Source: Octopus sinensis (taxonomy: Eukaryota). From it: a stretch of 64,000 bases of DNA. The notes beneath the pieces are model-generated. The model did no database searches, had not been told where the DNA came from, and was given only the letters and a program-made list of their open reading frames with translations. Location of the stretch: positions 38,812,001 to 38,876,000 of the forward strand of contig NC_043013.1 in NCBI RefSeq assembly GCF_006345805.1, given 5' to 3'. The position numbers and the translations under genes were made by a program. Below are positions 40,986-54,960 of the stretch, one piece after another; within the stretch, counting starts at the first letter, position 1; every line of letters starts with the position of its first letter.

Positions 40986-43439
40986 AAATAAAAAAGATAT
41001 ACGCTTTATAAATGGATTGTTTTCTGTAATCTTTGTATTCTATTCGCCCCGTCGACGGCGGGTTATCGTAAATATTTTATGATTCATCTTAACTTCCACA
41101 GAAATTGAAGAGTAATATGATGCTTTTTAAGCTGCTAACTTGTAATTCTCAGTGCATTACTTTTCCTTTTAATGATAATCATTGTAGAGGCGCATAACTA
41201 TATTATTGTAGTCACTAATATTGAATCTACAAGTTTCTATGGTGATTAAAACAACTGCATCCCATCATAAATTTAATTATTAGTCTTAGTGGCTGAACTA
41301 CAAGAAAGCGCTCAATAACTTACCTTCCCACACCATTGAACAGCGGTATTTTCTGCTTTCAACTTCATTCCTCCCAGCATTTTTCATCTTATTACAACAA
41401 CTTCATACAAAGTTCCATTATTTAAAAATTGTAACTAATTCTCAAGTACCGAAAGGGGAAATCTGCGATCACTGTAAATTTGGGAAAATCTTAAAAATAT
41501 ATATTTGTATTATTATGCAGACCGTCATTTGTTGTTTGTACCAAAACACAATACACATTATTGTATTGAAAACACGACTGTGTTCTAGTTTCATTTTTTG
41601 TAGAGAGACTATTATTTTTAATATTTTCGTATAAAATACATGTTGCTCGTATGAAAAAAGTAAATACCCCAAATCCACCATAAAAGTTTCCATATCTTAC
41701 ATTCATAGTCTCATTTACATCTTGAGTTAAGGCTGGTACACAACACATTGGCGATTATTCATATTAGGATGGATACTATGGTAATGTAAATATTATCACC
41801 CGTAGTGATAATTTTAGTGTTGGATTTATATGTTATCAGTCAAGTATTCTTATGTTGCTTGTCATGCATGTACATGGCATGCAAGACCAGTTTGGCATTG
41901 TGCTGTTAAGAAGAATGATTCCATAATTTCTCCAAATGCAAATATATTAAAACGCGTTCATAAAAGAGAAAGGAGAAAAGAAAAAAGATGTATTTTGAAC
42001 ACTAATGTGTTCTGAAAATCGCGTTGAAAACGATAAAGCTTTTCCTCAATTTGAACAATGACAAATATATTTTTATACATGAATTTTTGTAATACCCGTT
42101 GCGAGTTCCTGATATATTAATAATCTGATTTTCATTTCTGTTTTATAATACTAAAAACTATATATATATACCATGTATGTGTGTGTGTGTATATATATAT
42201 ATTATGTATGTATGTATGTATGTATATATGAATATATATATATAGGTGTTAAATGACCACCTAAGGGATATTAAATATTCAAAGAATTTACTGTCTTTTT
42301 GCCGATATAAATAACAATGTTATGACCTATTGCTCTTAACAAATAGGTAAATAAATAAATAAAATAAACATACAGAAATATATATTAGAAATGGAAACCA
42401 AAATAATAAATTCAACAATAAAATAATTCAATCTTTAAATGATAAATTCAGTTCAATTTTATTTTGTGATACAAACAAATAACTCATGTAGTAACTTAGC
42501 TGATGCCACACCATTGATAAAAGCAAGTTTTTCAAGAATAATGAAATATCGTTTGAAATATAATGAGGTTTCATCAGATAGATATATCTTCTTAAAAACC
42601 TTACGAAAAATAGCAAATGAAAATTTTTCTAACTGCTAACGCTTTAAAAAAAAAACTCTTTTAAGAGCGAGTTCAATCGTAAATAAATAGTCTAACTGAA
42701 AGTTTGTAAATTCCTTAAATTTAAATCTATTAGTATCTAGTTCTATAACCGATTTTGTTGCATAATACATACATTCATATAGACACACACACACACAAAC
42801 ACATACACACACACACACACACACATATATATGCACAAGTACGTACACCACTCTATTTTTGTATATATACATACACATACACGTACGTCTACATACATGC
42901 ATATTCATATGTACAAGTTTACTTATTCATACACACACATACGCACACATACGCACACATACGCACACACACATATATATATATACATACATACATACAT
43001 ACATACATACAACATACACACACAAACACACACACACACACATATATATATATTTATATTTTCATGTATACATATGCAATACCATACACACATGTATATA
43101 TATTTATGGTAAAACATTAGTTTATATTTTAATTCAAATCTAAATAAAGAGATTTATAATATAAATTAAACTTACAACTTATTCAAGTCATACTTTAAAG
43201 TAAATATAGGGGAAATAACTATTTTTCCATTTTTAGAAACAAAACGAAGAACGAAATTAACATTTTTACATATGATGTTTTGTAATACTTATTATGATTT
43301 GTTGTTAAATAAAATATTTACATTTTAATATTACTTGTTAGTTTTTATTACTGAAATAAACAGTTTACATTTGTGTCTCAAGTCCAGATATGGTTAACTT
43401 ATCTTGTGGTTTTTCTCTTATCCATATGTCGGAAGGACG

Positions 43440-43600
43440 TATGCACGCTACGCACCATTAAGATCATCGTGGAACGATTCATTCCATGCGTTAATAGACA
43501 AAGGAAATGCAGACTTTGTTTAGCCGAAAGATCTATCCTTTTTAGATCTGAGATATTTATTAAAAATTCACAAGTTTCTTTTGTTGAACGGGAGGACACC
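43440..43600 (+). mobile_element. Old Penelope-like C-terminal remnant
   Basis: IKIIVERFIPCVNRQRKCRLCLAERSILF resembles the W.ILSISIPYDK..KFCLLCNSE end of the Penelope-like copies in this window. Confidence 0.4.
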
Positions 43601-43752
43601 ATCCTCTTCGGTTTAAGCATACAGTCTCACAAACTATGACTTTCTCCCTGTTACATTAATTTATACACAAACCGTTTTAGAATTGATTCGAATGGGCACA
43701 AAGGACGCAACTTTTAAATTTCTGGGGTTTTTTTCTCATCCACTTTTATTTG

Positions 43753-43852
43753 NNNNNNNNNNNNNNNNNNNNNNNNNNNNNNNNNNNNNNNNNNNNNNNN
43801 NNNNNNNNNNNNNNNNNNNNNNNNNNNNNNNNNNNNNNNNNNNNNNNNNNNN
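43753..43852. other. Assembly gap (100 N)
   Basis: Run of N. Confidence 1.
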
Positions 43853-44547
43853 ATACACAGATCTGAAACCTAGAGTCTTTGTTATACTTTTGCCACCGCT
43901 TCTGCCTTCAATGTATTACTTTTTTTACTTAAATTCAAGAAGTAAACCACCTTCTGGACGAAACCAAAAATATATTCTGTCTTTAATAACAGATTCAAAT
44001 TTTGGAACTAGGCCAGTAGGTTTGGAGGAGGTAGCATGTCAGTTACATTGCCCTCATTGCTCAATTGCTGCTTATTTTATCGCACCCGGAAAGGATGAAA
44101 AGCAAAGTTGACATCGGTGGAATTTGAACTCATTAAGTCAAGACGGATGAAATGTCACTCAGCATTTTATCCGATGTACTAACGATTCTGCCATCACGCC
44201 GCCCTATAATCTCTCCTTAATATAATTCTGTTACTGTAAGGCGGTAACATGATAAAATCAATAGCATGCCGGGCGAAATGCTTAGCGGCATTTGTCCGTC
44301 TTTATGCTACGAGTTCAAACCCTACCGTTGTCCACTTTGCCCTTCATCTTTACAGAATCGATTAAATAAAAATCAGTTAAACACTGGGATCAATGTAACC
44401 GATTTAATCATTCCCTCGAAGCTACTGGAATGGTGCTAAAATTTTGTACCCTAATCACAAATTAATTAATGCCTTGAGTGATTTTTGTTAGACAGAAACT
44501 GCATAGAAGCCAGTGTGTGTGTGTGTGTGTGTTGTGTGTGTGTGTGT

Positions 44548-44586
<39 letters not shown>

Positions 44587-45153
44587 TGGCTCTGTGTGTT
44601 ACAATGTACATGTAACACACAATTTACTCAACCGCATGCTAGATTTTACCATAACGATAAACACACATGCGGTTGAGACGATTGCATTCGCCGTTATGAT
44701 TTAAGTGACCCTGCCAAAGCCCGCCAAAATTCACGGAAACAGATGCGGTTGAGTAAATTGTACTCTAGACAAATTCAGCCGAGGAGCTACAGATACGTTA
44801 TGTGAGTAAAATTACATAATTTATTAATAGCGAAACAATTGTCCTGAATTAATCTGCATTTTTGTTATTTTATTTGCCCTGTTCGTTTACGCTAATAGCT
44901 GTGCTAACTTTCATCGGAAACAATTCTTCGTGGCTGAAACCCTAGCGGATCTATTTTTAGTGCTAGAGTAGACCACATAGTGGTCACTCTCTTATATTTA
45001 CAAATAAAATGTATTGTATTCCGGGTTTTTATGCACTAAGCCACCTGGTGTTAAATTGAAGGTACTATTAAATTAGTATCCGGTGTTAAATGGATGGTAC
45101 TATTAAATTAGTATCCAACTTTCTCACCCTTATTTGTTGTATATATAATATAT

Positions 45154-45217
<64 letters not shown>

Positions 45218-45729
45218 ATTATATATATATATATATATATTATAATATATATTTATTATATAACATACATATATATATACATATAGATATATATACATAT
45301 ATACTCATTTATAATACATATGGTGTCTGCCCCCTCGTTATCGAATATGGCCATTGCCCGAAGCTTAATCAATGTTGTTATCGTGCCATGCCTGTGCAAG
45401 AATTTTTTTTTTAAAGTGAGGAAAGGCTGTGCACTGAGTCAATCCCACTCACTAAGGAACAGCAGCCATAATCCGAAAAGAAGAACAAGTCAACATCATC
45501 TATCTATTAATGAAAACGGGTAAACACAATTTTTGTGTTTACTCGTGATGTCAACACCCATACACACATACAAAGTACACGTTCCAAACTGTGACATATA
45601 CATACATAATCTTCGATCTCTCTAAGGAAGAAAACATCGACATTTTGATGTTCACAGTATTTTAACCATTGAGAAATATTTTTAACTGAATGTGATTTCA
45701 AAAATGTAAGTTGATAGGACAGTAAGTAT

Positions 45730-45767
<38 letters not shown>

Positions 45768-45992
45768 ATATATAATATATATAATATATATATAATAATA
45801 ATAATAAAAATAAAATAATATTAGGGAATAAATCCAAATTTACAGGGAAAAATCAGATTTAGGATTGAATCCAATTTTATAGTAAATATTATATAATATT
45901 AATTAGAGACAAAACCACTATTATGCAAATCAACAAAGAAGACTTATCCAATACATAAAAAATTTTATATAAATTAAATAAAATTAAGTTAT

Positions 45993-46038
45993 CCACTACA
46001 ATTGTTTCTTGTCACTTCTAAGGACATTCATCAGGTGG
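45993..46038 (-). ncRNA. Minimal type I hammerhead ribozyme
   Basis: Exact reverse complement of 46106-46151. Confidence 0.85.
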
Positions 46039-46105
46039 TTTTCAGACCTTCTATTCAATTTAAATTATGACTTCATAATTTAAAATTGAATAGAAGGTCT
46101 GAAAA

Positions 46106-46151
46106 CCACCTGATGAATGTCCTTAGAAGTGACAAGAAACAATTGTAGTGG
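46106..46151 (+). ncRNA. Minimal type I hammerhead ribozyme
   Basis: CCAC-CUGAUGA-A-UGUC/GACA-A-GAAA-CAAUUG-UA-GUGG; canonical core, predicted cleavage after 46147. Confidence 0.88.
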
Positions 46152-46365
46152 ATAACTTAATTTTATTTAATTTATATAAAATTTTTTATGTATTGGATTA
46201 AGTCTTTCTTTGTTTGATTTGCATAATAGTGGTTTTGTCTCTAATTAATATTATATATATATATATATAACAGGAAGCTTTATGAAAATAAACACAAGAC
46301 GAAGGCAGGTGGAATACAAACAAACAATTGTATTAGTATGGCGCTCAGGAATATAAATAAAACAA

Positions 46366-46405
46366 GTCTTTTACGTTTCGAGCCTACGCTCTTCAACAGA
46401 AAGAC
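46366..46405 (-). ncRNA. Minimal hammerhead-like motif (A6U core variant) in a TA-flanked element of about 200 bp
   Basis: GUCUUU-CUGUUGA-A-GAGC-GUAG-GCUC-GAAA-CG-UA-AAAGAC. Confidence 0.7.
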
Positions 46406-46713
46406 ACACAGAAAAGAAACACGGAGAGAAAAACAATGCTTGCAGAGGCTAGCGAATCAACATGGCGATATAATATATATATATATTAGCTTTCTTTAAG
46501 CAAACAATATTTTGATGTGTTTTTAATTATGTTCAAGTCGTTAATTTCCATAAAAATTTTTTTTTATTTATTTACTTTTGTTTTAAAGTGAAGGATTGGA
46601 GAAAGTGTAAGATGTATGTACGTGTACATGTGTGTGTGAGAGAGAGTGAGTGAGTGAGTTAATGAGTGAGTGAGTGAACGTGTGTATTCTCATGTACATG
46701 TAAGGGGCACACA

Positions 46714-46747
<34 letters not shown>

Positions 46748-47325
46748 GACACACATACGTCCCTTTCATATACACGTTCATATATCTTTCGCTTTCTCTT
46801 CTCTTTCACTTTGAAACAAAAGAAAATAAATGAAAATTCTTTACGGAAATTAAGGAACAAAACCAGCTGATCTAGATGACAGTTCTGAGTCAAAGCGACA
46901 GTCTTGAGAGCCAAAACGAAAGATCGCCCCAAGGGAATACCATTATAAAACATTTTTTCGAGTGTATCTCAGCTTCAAAGATTTGGCTGCGATTTCTAGC
47001 ATGCCTTGCTACCATGTAACAGCTATTTGCAATAAAGGACCCGAAATATCTGTTACGTGGTAGCAGGGCATGCTACAAATAGCAGCCAAATCTTTCCTTT
47101 TTCCGGGAAAAGGAGCCGTTTACGCGTGATTTCGATATCACATTCGTTGAAAGCATGCGTAATAACCTGGAAAAGAAAAAAAAAACATGAAACAAAACTC
47201 CGTTGCTGGGAAACTTAGACTTTCCAGGTGACACAACGGGTCACGAGTAGTGTATATATATGTATAGTGTATACATATATATATATATGTATAAGGCGGG
47301 TAGTCTCTCTCTCTATATATATATA

Positions 47326-47551
47326 AGGCGAGCTGGCAGAAACGTTAGCACGCCGGGCGAAATGCTTAGCAGTATTTCGTCTGCCGCTACGTTCTGAGTT
47401 CAAATTCCGCCGAGGTCGACTTTGTCTTTCATCCATTCGGGGTCGATAAATAAAGTACCGGTTACGCACTGGGGTCGATGTAAGCGACTTAATCCCTTTG
47501 TCTGTTCTTGTTTGTCCCCTCTATGTTTAGCCCCTTGTGGACAATAAAGAA

Positions 47552-47553
<2 letters not shown>
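47326..47553 (+). mobile_element. SINE family A
   Basis: Same consensus as 33631-33850; (TA)n on both sides. Confidence 0.88.
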
Positions 47554-47590
<37 letters not shown>

Positions 47591-47605
47591 TAGATAGATA
47601 GATAT

Positions 47606-47645
<40 letters not shown>

Positions 47646-47718
47646 GAGTATCCATGACAACCATCAGATGGTTGTCATGGATACTCCTACCTATCTCTCT
47701 ATCTATCTATCAATCTAT

Positions 47719-47801
<83 letters not shown>

Positions 47802-47954
47802 CGGTCGTTTCAAGCGGCTCCATTTAATCGATCAATACAAATATTACATCAATTTGAAATAAATCGTTCTCCTCGGATGCGTATGACCATATAGATTTCC
47901 AACGTATAGGATACTCCATTATAAATATTATATATACATACATACATACATACA

Positions 47955-48044
<90 letters not shown>

Positions 48045-48059
48045 AATATTCAATTTAAA

Positions 48060-48665
48060 ATGCTACTGGAAGCGTGAAAACGCAGTTGAAGTGCAAAGAT
48101 TGTTTAGCGTGGAGTTTCAAAAAGATCAACCAACGTGAGTAACCATCACTCGAATTAGAGATAAGTTTGAAGCCGATGGAACTGTTCAGAATTTCCACGA
48201 GAAGCGTTCCAGAAGACCACGAACATCGACAACCTCAACAAAGCAAGAAGGAGTGCTAGAAACGTATTACCAAAGTCCAAGAAAATCTATGCGGCAAGCG
48301 AGTCGTAGGTATTTCGAAAACCATCTGTCCAACGCATTTTGAGGCGTTGTCACTGCAAAAGTTACATTCCCAGATTAGTCCATACCATTAATGACGATGA
48401 CCCAGTGCAATGAAGAGTGCAGTGTTGCGAGTGGTATTTGGCACGATGTGTAGAAGATGCACACTTTCCAACAAAGATTGCGTGGAGTGATGAGGCCACA
48501 TTCAAATTAAATGGTTCAATTAACCGCCACAATTGCACCTACTGGGGACATGAGAATCCGCATGTTATGGTGGAACACCTTGTTAATTTACCAGGAGTTA
48601 CTGTGTGGTGTGGCTTATCAAGAGAATTATTTGGACCATTCATTTTTGACGCTACTGTGACTATT
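48060..48665 (+). mobile_element. Tc1/mariner-superfamily transposase remnant
   Basis: N-terminal HTH-like VEVQRLF..ITRIRDKFEADGTV..RRPRT..SPRKS; catalytic [35 protein letters not shown]; stops and frameshifts. Confidence 0.85.
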
Positions 48666-48807
48666 GTAGATCTTGGGCTGTTATGATAAACACGTCTGTC
48701 TCTGTTTTTAAGCCAGAAGACACTAACCATTGATGGGTAAGGGCTTTGTCAACATCGGCATTATTAGCTCTCTTTGCGTATCTGCCATTGAGAAGTTTTC
48801 TTGTCAT

Positions 48808-48881
<74 letters not shown>

Positions 48882-50137
48882 ATCATGTTTTATGCTTTAT
48901 GTTTTATGAAGTCTTTTTCATAATTTTTGTTTTTTCCAGAAATGACGGAACTAATGTTTTCAACAGTATGATTCCAGAAGGAAACACGAATCATAACCAT
49001 CAGTGGCAAACAAAATATAAGTACTTGAATTGCATCATACAAATCTTACGCTCAAAACTCGAATTCCACTAATAATATTTAAATTAACATTATTGTCCCT
49101 TCATATCCTAGTATAACTAGCTTCCGACTTCAAACTGAAGATAAGCATCAATGTAATATATAGAGCACTTTTTGATGAATTTGGAAATTTCAATTTTCCA
49201 AACAAGCTATGAGGGGCTTAAACAAAAATATATTTTAAAATGTCTTTCTAGAAAAAGTAAAGCTAAAACACGGTCGTATTTTCAATACAACATGAAAAAA
49301 AAATGGTACTGGATGGGTGATGCATACTCTGCGCACACACAAGGATAAAATAAAATTTAATTTAATAAACATAGTCTCAGACGAATTCATATTTCAACAA
49401 AATGACATCAAGAGTTATTTCTCCTGCTTATCGTTTATGCATATGTAACAAATAAAAGAACATTTTGATTCATCCGACCACCAGACTTGAAGATAGTCAA
49501 ACCACAATTTAATGAGTTTGATCCACTTACCCTCTGAGTATTTCTGCCAAGTTTGGTGGAAATCCGTTTTCCAGCAATTTTGCAAACACACAGACATGCA
49601 AACACAAAGACAAGCGTCTACAATAACGTTGCTTCGCTTACCCGCACAGCGTTGATAAAGGTTATTGTGCTTTGGTACAAACAATAATAAAACGAAATTT
49701 CGATAACGATTTATAGAATAATATTAATGTTTTTTATGACTCAACAAATAACAGTGACTTCCATTTCGGTTTTGCAGAATGAATTACAATTTTAAAAATA
49801 TTACATATATAAATATTAACAATTAACTTTGAAGTGTGTGGATGTAATGAGATAAAAAAAAGTTATTATGGCGGTGTCATATATCTGTAAGAACAATCTA
49901 ATTTAAATGTGTTTGAATATACATATTGATATAATTTGTTTAAAGCCCATGCAAACATATATTAGCTGTAAAAACTATTAGAAACCAGATAATATACGGA
50001 TAATAAGTTACGCACCTCCTGCAATGAACTTAATTAAATGGAAGTAGCACACTAAAAGTAATAATTTAGCAATTTAAAACGCAATATACTACATATACAC
50101 ACAAACATAATATGTATATATACACATATATACATAT

Positions 50138-51577
50138 ATAAATAGATGTGTGTATTTTCCCTTGTTAACAATTAACACGGAAAATATATATAATAGTTAC
50201 CAGGGTAGCAAAAAATCACACAAGTAAAACGGTTTGTAACTCCTTGTATTTAAAGGTAGAAACTTCAGGTTTACGTGAAATATTTTGTATAATATAAATA
50301 AATAAATAAATAAATGTAGTTAAACGCAAGTGTTATTCAAATTCTTTTACTTTCGACACATGTTTCGAAGATATCACTGGTATTATTCCAATGGAATAAA
50401 ATAGTGTAAAACAATGTAATCTTATCTTCAGGGAAATGAAGAAATGAAACTCAATAAGACATTTTAATAGAAAATTATGGATATGTATAGTGATTAACTG
50501 AGTGCTATTAAGTTTGTTTCAAAAAATGTTATAGGATATAACATCAAAGGTAGCCTATAGAAAGAGGAGGGATAAAGGAAAGAAAAACTAAATAAATGAG
50601 AAATATATAACTATATGTATATTAAATAAAACCATATAGACTTGGAAAAAGAGATGACTAGTGAATGTGAAATGTAAGAAGAAAATTAATGTTTAAATTA
50701 TATATAATGATAGATATCACTTATATGAACTAAAGGTGTGTTTCTGCCAATGTTTACATTGGTATGCACGCTCTATAACCGTGTTTACAAGGGGATTTTT
50801 AGAAAAAAGAATTAAAAATAGTTCAGAATTACAGAGAAGACAAAATTCCTTGCTTTTGTCATAAGGTATCGAGATTGAGAGAATCAACCAATCTAAATGA
50901 AATTGTTTATTGTGATCTCTTAGATCCCAAATTAATTTACTAAGCCCTCTACTGTTACTTTATTCCTATCCCTAAATGTAGTGTAATGATTAGAAATTCT
51001 TTTAGATAACTGAGACGTGCTTTCTATATAACAAAAATACTTCATTACCAGTAGTAATTTTACACTGGTATATAGAATTTTTAATTTTAGAGTTACTTGA
51101 CATAAACTTGATTCTGTTGTAATTGAATTCAGATACAATAACCTTGTTATTAATATTTCTAGGGGGATGGAAGGTATTAGCTAAATTAATGTTAGTATTA
51201 GTAAATGTATTAATATTTAACAGGTTAATATTATGTGAAGAGATAATTTGTAAGAGATATTTTGGGGGTTGGAAAAACCAATCCTATCCGTGGGTGAGTT
51301 GATAATAGAGTAATACCTAGAATTCTTTGGAAAATTCCTAATAATAGCTTCACGAAACTGCAAAGGAAGATTAGATTTGATTTGCCTCATGTATGGGATA
51401 ATTAAACAAATGGTTTTACTATTAGTTACTTTATATTTAGTGTAACTATTTTTGAAAGACATAGATTTAGCTTTAGAACGAAAATAAGGGATTAAATAAA
51501 GGTTATCTCCCTTCCTCTGTTTGGTTTTGCTGTATAAATTAAAATTGATATCGTTTATATCCTTACAACCAGACATG
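50138..51577 (-). mobile_element. Diverged 5'-truncated Penelope-like element
   Basis: ORFs 51217-51582 and 50932-51138 are homologous to 14731-15600; same 3' region as 13240-13430; TA-rich flanks. Confidence 0.85.
50351..50436 (-). ncRNA. Hammerhead motif in the pLTR
   Basis: CUGAAGA-U-AAGAU...AUCUU-C-GAAA-CAUGUG-UC-GAAA; same position as in the 13.4 kb copy; stem I imperfect. Confidence 0.65.
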
Positions 51578-51630
51578 CACACATAATATATATATATATA
51601 CTATATATATATATATTATATAATATATAC

Positions 51631-51670
<40 letters not shown>

Positions 51671-51854
51671 ATACACACACAGATACATAAATACTTACAT
51701 ATATACATACATACATGCACATCATCATAATCCTCATCGTTTAACGTCCGTTTTCCATGCTACCATGGATTGGTCTGGGAAGCCAGGAGGCTGCACCAGG
51801 CTCCAGTCTGATCTGGTAGTGTTTCTACAGCTGGATGCCCTTCCTAACGCCATA

Positions 51855-51896
<42 letters not shown>

Positions 51897-52319
51897 GCTT
51901 ATTCGTTCACCTTTTAAACATTAATTAGAGAGGTGGAGGTGACGTGAGGTGGAATAGAAGCGTGTGTGTGAGGAAGGAGGATGTGGGGAGTGTCAGTAGA
52001 GAAGAAAGAAGTGAGAAAGAAGTGGACAAAGAAATGTAATAAAGCCAAATGCGTCACGTGGTTAGCTGAAGGGAAGGCGAAGAGCGAGAGAAAAGAGGGA
52101 CATGTTGTAGGGTGGAGAGGGAAAGGTAGAGCGAAAGAGATATGTTTCGGGTATAATATTTAGCAGAGAGTAATGTTCTGGTGGTGAGGTTAAAGAAAGG
52201 CAGATAAAGAGAGATGGGAAGAGGAGCCAGTTACATTGAGAGAGAGTTAGTGAAAGTGAGAGGTGAAGAAAAAGAGAAAAATGTTCAAGACTCGAAGACG
52301 GGATTACAGAACTAAAATC

Positions 52320-52772
52320 ATTGACATATAGACATCAATTGATTAGAACATAATGCAATTCTGAACGAATACAATTGTTTCCATGCCCAATTAATTTGAG
52401 AAATTAAATTAAATTAAGTTAAATTAAATTTTCATATCAAATATCGTTAATAGAGTATTTCGTCGGGGAAAGAATTTGATAGAAAAGACCTACATTCCGA
52501 TGTGTTGTTTGACCCTTGATAGACTCAGGTTGTTGAAGCGCACATATTTAAGTCTAACAAGGGTCAAATAGTACATCAGATGGCTCTTCTCTTTTCTATC
52601 AAATTTTTTTCCCTGACGAAATACCCAATTAACGATATTTGATATGCTAATTTAATTCAATTCAATTTAATTTCTCAAATTAATTGGGCATGGAAACAAT
52701 TGTAGGTGAAATTGAGTTTGTTATTGTTCAGAATTGTATAATGTTCTTATAAATTGATGTCTGTATGTCAAT
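52320..52772. repeat. Diverged foldback of about 450 bp with a hammerhead on each arm
   Basis: TTGACATATAGACATCAATT/AATTGATGTCTGTATGTCAA, CCATGCCCAATTAATTTGAGAAATT and its complement, TTTGACCCTTG/CAAGGGTCAAA. Confidence 0.85.
52611..52706 (+). ncRNA. Type I hammerhead ribozyme with long stem II
   Basis: CC-CUGACGA-..CCCAAUUAA...UUAAUUGGG..-GAAA-CAAUUG-UA-GG; the minus-strand partner at 52370-52469 has CCGACGA. Confidence 0.75.
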
Positions 52773-53474
52773 TTTTCCGTTTTCTTTTTCTCATCCATAA
52801 AAAAATAGTATGACCATATCCTGCAATGCGAAGCTGACATCTTTGTGGTTTTTCACTGATACACTGGATAAAATCGGGGAACTTGGATGCTGACATCTTT
52901 TTAAGAGGATATATATATTTGATTTAATTTCCCCCACCATCACTTGACAACTGATTTTGGTGTGTCTGCATTACCGTAACTTAACGTTTCGGCAAAAGAG
53001 TTCTATAGAATAAGTACTAGGCTTACAAAGAATAAGTCCTGGGGTCGATTTCTTTGAATGAAACCCTTTAAGGCGGTGCTCTAGCATGGCCGCAATCAAA
53101 TGGCTGAAACAGGTAAAATAATATATAGCGGACTCTGCAGTTTCTGTCAAACAAATCCTCAAACAAGAATTTTTGGTTGTCCCGGAGCTGCAGCAGAAGA
53201 TACTTGCCCAAGGTGCTCCACGGTGGGACTGAACTCGGAACCATGTGCTTGGGAATTAAACTTCTTACCACACAGCCACGCCAGCGATATACATAAGTCG
53301 ATGTTGCTTTGTGTCCCAACAATGAATGACTTCTTTGTTTGTCATCTGAACGCAACACGTTGTTCTAAAATCCTCCAGAAACAAAATTAGTCCACCCAGA
53401 ATAACTGGTAAATCATTAATTTGTCAATAATTTCCCTCTTTCATTCATATCGTTGGCAGAGAAATCCCACGGAT

Positions 53475-53527
<53 letters not shown>

Positions 53528-53903
53528 GCGTGTGAGTGTGTGAGTGTGTATTTGTACACATACATACATACGTACATACATACATACATACATACATACA
53601 CACACATACATATAAATATAGTGAGAGAGATTCAAAACAATAGTAACAATAACAACAGCAAAAATAACGACAGCACCAACAGCTACAAACACCATCACCA
53701 GCACAACAGTAACAACAACAATGTGGGCGTAAGACATGCAAAATAACTTAACCACGCTCATTTCAACCTCGAAATATTAGCAGCAGCGAGTAACCTGTGT
53801 GGTGGCTAAATCTATACAAAAGTGTTTACTATATGTGGACACATTTACCGTAGCAACAACAATACAATGATGTAGTGACTTGATAGTAACCTAAATACGA
53901 TAT

Positions 53904-54711
53904 TGTTATATTTCGGGATGGTCATTTTCTTTCCATGTTAAATAATCACACGCACTATATATTCTTTTTCACTTGTATATCATTGTACTTATTTTATCGT
54001 ATGTCCATTGCCTGGCAATATGTCGTCACACACCTGTGACCTCTTCAGCGACTCTTCCATCCCACGACTCTTCCATCTCACGACTCTTCCATCCCACGTC
54101 TCTTCCACCTCATAACACTTTCATCTCACGATTCTTCCATCCCTTGACTCTTCCATCTCACGATTCTTCCATCCCACGACTCATCCCTCCCATAAAGCTT
54201 CCATCCCACTACTCTTCCATCCCACGACGCTTCCATCCCACGACTCTTCCATCCTACGGCTCTTCCATCCTGTTCTTTTTAGTCCATCGATATTCTTCCC
54301 TGTGCTTGTGAAATTTTTGTATCTCTGACGTAAGGCTTCATTTCCACACGTGCCAGCTTAATTCAATTCGTCCTTAGTCGAAAGACACCTGTTGTTATGC
54401 CCTGTTATTTTAATTTATATTGTATTAATTATTGTATTTATATTTGTGTAACTTGTCCGTTTTTTTCCGTCCTTGTTTTTGTATATATTCGCTGCTTTCT
54501 TCCAAGGAATCTAATGCTCCTAGCTTAGTTTTTCCTTGGGGCTGGCCAGATTGGAGCAATCTCAAGAATAATCAGCCGAAATTGCGAGAATAATCTGGTG
54601 CTTCACTGAGGATAGAGGGCTTCGAATGACTCGTCTTTATTTTCTTTGTATCGTCTATCTTGATGTTTTGTTGCCCCATTTTTGAATCACCTAGCTATCT
54701 TCTCACTAACA
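53904..54711 (+). mobile_element. Possible solo LTR with an internal minisatellite
   Basis: TGTTA...TAACA ends; partial homologue on the minus strand at 35928-36220 (GTCGAAAGAC, GATCTAATGC..GCTTAG, same TAACA end); no clean TSD. Confidence 0.4.
54050..54270 (+). repeat. 16-bp minisatellite (GACTCTTCCATCCCAC), about 14 units
   Basis: Direct tandem units with point variants. Confidence 0.9.
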
Positions 54712-54960
54712 CAGCATGTATCTACGAAAGTATTATATACATTTTTTAAACCCATTAAATATGTATTCATGGCGTTTAAACCAACTGAGTCACTTCAATA
54801 TTTTTTTAATTAATATATTACTATAGTCTTAGCGGTTCAGTTACAGGATATCGCTATTTTTAACTCCAACTCTCGCCTTGTAGGTCATTTTCTCATAATC
54901 ATTTCCTTTTTATTTTCTCATCTAACTTACACATTTACAATTGGTTCGCACTCTACTTAT

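Larger units (their letters stand above)
45890..46257. repeat. Near-perfect palindrome of about 370 bp with a hammerhead on each arm
   Basis: Centre TTATGA-CT-TCATAA at about 46071; arms differ mainly by small indels; (TA)n on the right flank and about 100 bp to the left. Confidence 0.92.

Noticed and set aside
54050-54270. CRISPR-like array
   Set aside because: Head-to-tail 16-bp units with no unique spacers, no cas genes, and a eukaryotic context
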